DNA of 64,000 bases, taken from contig CAJINV010000003.1 of the NCBI GenBank assembly GCA_905178155.1, positions 8,398,764 to 8,462,763 on the forward strand, in the 5' to 3' direction. Shown piece after piece: positions 61,724-64,000 of this stretch (the first letter of the stretch is position 1; every line of letters starts with the position of its first letter). A program made the translations under genes and the position numbers. The DNA comes from Amoebophrya sp. A120 (taxonomy: Eukaryota > Protista > Dinoflagellata). The notes under the pieces are model-generated. The model was not told the DNA's origin, did not search any database, and saw nothing but the letters and a program-made list of their open reading frames with translations.

Positions 61724-64000
61724 ATGAAAAGGAGCGGCAGCAGCCCCGCGGCGATTGTCAGCACGGCCGTCGGGAGGAGCGGGAGCACGCCGGTGGAGCC
61801 GACGCGCCGCCCGGCCCGCCAGCTCCGCCCCAGCTTCGCCCCAGCCTCGCCCCCGCCGTCTTTGACGTCGCGCATGAAACAGGAACACGCGGCGGCGGCG
61901 GTATCCTTTGCAAAAACACCCCGCCCCATTCCTGCCGTGCGTATTTGCATGCCCGGGCCAAACTATTTGGCCTGCCGCCCGCGTATAGGCTTTTTTGATG
62001 CTGTTTGTAACTTTCGCAACGAGGAGCAGGGCAGCAATTTGTCATGCGCAAGGGCCAGAATTTCTTTGCAGTTGTGATAGAGGTGCAGTCTTGGCTGTGG
62101 GGTGGGGGGTTTTGTCCAAAGGATGGCAGGCAGAGCCGTTATCTATTGCAAAAGAATCAAACTAGTACGAATTGCTTTTGCATCTGCATCACATCAAAGG
62201 TCCGCAGCATTGGTAGCGGAATTTGTGATGCGGGTTTGCCTTCAGAAAATAAAAACTTATATTTGTAACGCGTGACAACTGCAATCACTATGAGTGCGAT
62301 ACTTTTGCACAGGATGCCCGCTGAGTTGCGACGATTTCAGCACCTCGTCTGACGACGGACGGTATCAGGTGCAAAAGTGTCTGGGTCTGGAAGCGCCAAA
62401 CTTGTGATGCGCATTTCAGAATACAGAAAAATCTCTCATGCATAGGTCGCAAAAGCTGCACACTTTCTGTCACCAAAATGAGGAATTTGTCATGCGGATT
62501 CGGCAGTGCGGAAGCTTGTCGAGACCTGTGACGCTAGAGCTTCCATGCCACACCTTCTGCGCCATGAAAGCCAGCATGTTTTTCCAGACCCAGACCCTTT
62601 TACCTTTGATATGCTCGCCGCGAGCTCGATGTCAATCATCAGAACTATCCTGTGTAAAAACGTCCCCACCCCATAGTCAAGTTAGTAAATCTGGAACACA
62701 AATTTCCAAGTTTTGGGAGTTTTGCATGACAAGTTTCCATCTGTATTGTCGTGCTGTTTAGCAAGGACAGCCGCATGAGAAAACAAGCCTCTCATCCTGT
62801 TCACAGCATTACAAAGTCCAAAACAAGATTGGAAATGCCTCTCATGCTCATCCGCATTACAAATGTTCTTGTCATTGCACATTTGCATGACAACTCTGGG
62901 GTGGGGACGTTTTTACACAGGATAAGAACGGCCAAAAAGTCATCCCGGGCAAAACCGCTGAAAAGACCCGCCTCCCCGGGCGAGTTGCAGTCCCTGTGGA
63001 CGATTCTCGCGGGCCATGGTATGGATGTGTCAGAGTTGAAATCAGCAGAGTTGAAGTAGAGATAACTTGTAATGCATAAAATCGATGCCAGTTGCAAGCC
63101 CAATGTCTACGCGGCGCATGACAAAGCTGAGTATTTAGAGTCAGAATGCAGTTTGTAACTCTCTTAGGGCAAGGAGGACGCCTGTTGTCATGCTGCTTGA
63201 GCAGCTCTTTTTCTACCCCGAAACAGGCTCACAATCTGCCTCCCTTGCCTACTCAGCAAGACAGGCATTTTATGCATAGCAAACTACTTCAACTTTGACG
63301 ATTTCAAACCTGACAGCTCCATGCGTGGCTTTGTGCGCCCTTCCTCGCCCCTGGCGGGGAAGGGGTGCATTTGCCGCCACTGCGGGTGTATGCAATGCAA
63401 AAGCATCGCACTCGTATACTAAATGCATTACAAATTTCCTCTGCGTGAGACATAAGATTTGTAATGCGGATTTACCTTGTTTATAAAAAAAACCTCTCGC
63501 GCGATGTTGCTACACAATCGACGGGGTTAATAAACAAACTGCATTGCTCGTGGAAATAGGTCATTTTTGAAAGTTCGAGTTGCAATTTTACATACGATGC
63601 TAGCTGTTTCTTCTAAAAACTATCGCTCGTTACTACACTAGTTCTAATTTACTACATCAAGGAAATTTGTAATGCATGATTGCAATTACTACGGGTGCGA
63701 TATTTTTGCGCAGGATAGGGTTTGCGGCGACCACCAACACGGGAGTTGCAAAACTAAGCTACAGCGAGAACGATAAGCGGCACACCTTTACCGGGGCAAC
63801 GGACGGCCGGAAGGTTTTGGTGTACGATTGGCAGCTCCCCTATGAAAGTGCCCAGCGCCCCCGAGCCCGCATTTGTCAAGCAAAAGGCAACGCATGATAA
63901 TGATGATGATGATGAAGGCACTACTTGCGTGACAGATTCCCGAATCCAAAACAGCACTACGCTACGTAGTGCTATTCGTAGAAAGTTGTAGCGCAGTCTG
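61724..64000 (+). CDS. Unknown protein, 5' part, split into small exons by 7 introners; continues beyond the window
   Basis: Frame stays open through exons ...RTAKKSSRAKP...GHG|FVRP...CICRHCG...YDWQLP. The first junctions have poor DRs. Confidence 0.6.
61902..62125. mobile_element. Introner, family F-like
   Basis: TATCCTTTG..AAAAC.CCCC TIR; DR imperfect. Confidence 0.7.
62140..62316. mobile_element. Introner, family C
   Basis: TGCAAAAG TIR; DR GCCGT/CCCGC. Confidence 0.7.
62363..62611. mobile_element. Introner, family A
   Basis: Clear TIR; DR not conserved. Confidence 0.8.
62646..62924. mobile_element. Introner, family F
   Basis: Perfect ~28-bp TIR; DR AGAAC/AGAAC. Confidence 0.93.
63020..63323. 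mobile_element. Introner, family B
   Basis: DR CATGG/CGTGG; frame restored. Confidence 0.82.
63389..63717. mobile_element. Introner, family C
   Basis: DR GGGTG/GGGTT; frame restored. Confidence 0.85.
63841..64000. mobile_element. Introner, family D, partial at window edge
   Basis: TATGAAAGTGC start and a (GAT)n-GGCACT core shared with 24928-25200. Confidence 0.7.

Overview
Eukaryotic genomic DNA, most likely from an Amoebophrya-like syndinean dinoflagellate (inferred from its non-canonical introns). Host genes are a methyltransferase fragment, an unknown gene, a giant coiled-coil protein, an Asp-box/sialidase-like protein, an LtrA-like membrane protein and a final unknown gene. All but the methyltransferase are interrupted by about 33 short elements (mostly 150-350 bp) with terminal inverted repeats, mostly ending TAT...ATA, and 5-bp direct repeats. 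Removing an element plus 5 nt restores the reading frame in every case traced by hand. The main finding is a complete 10,159-bp transposon (921-11079) with perfect 54-bp TIRs starting TATGGGA, a 5-bp TSD (GTATG), a spliced hAT-like DDE transposase, a tandem PD-(D/E)XK-like nuclease gene and a Lys/Glu-rich gene. Its end geometry matches the introners, making it a candidate autonomous driver of the intron invasion. Also present: about 1-kb inserts flanked by 35-65-bp exon duplications, a tyrosine-recombinase/Ty3-Gypsy pol chimera, a GpC-depleted tract and several satellites. All coordinates, counts and alignments were made by eye; no database search was run.
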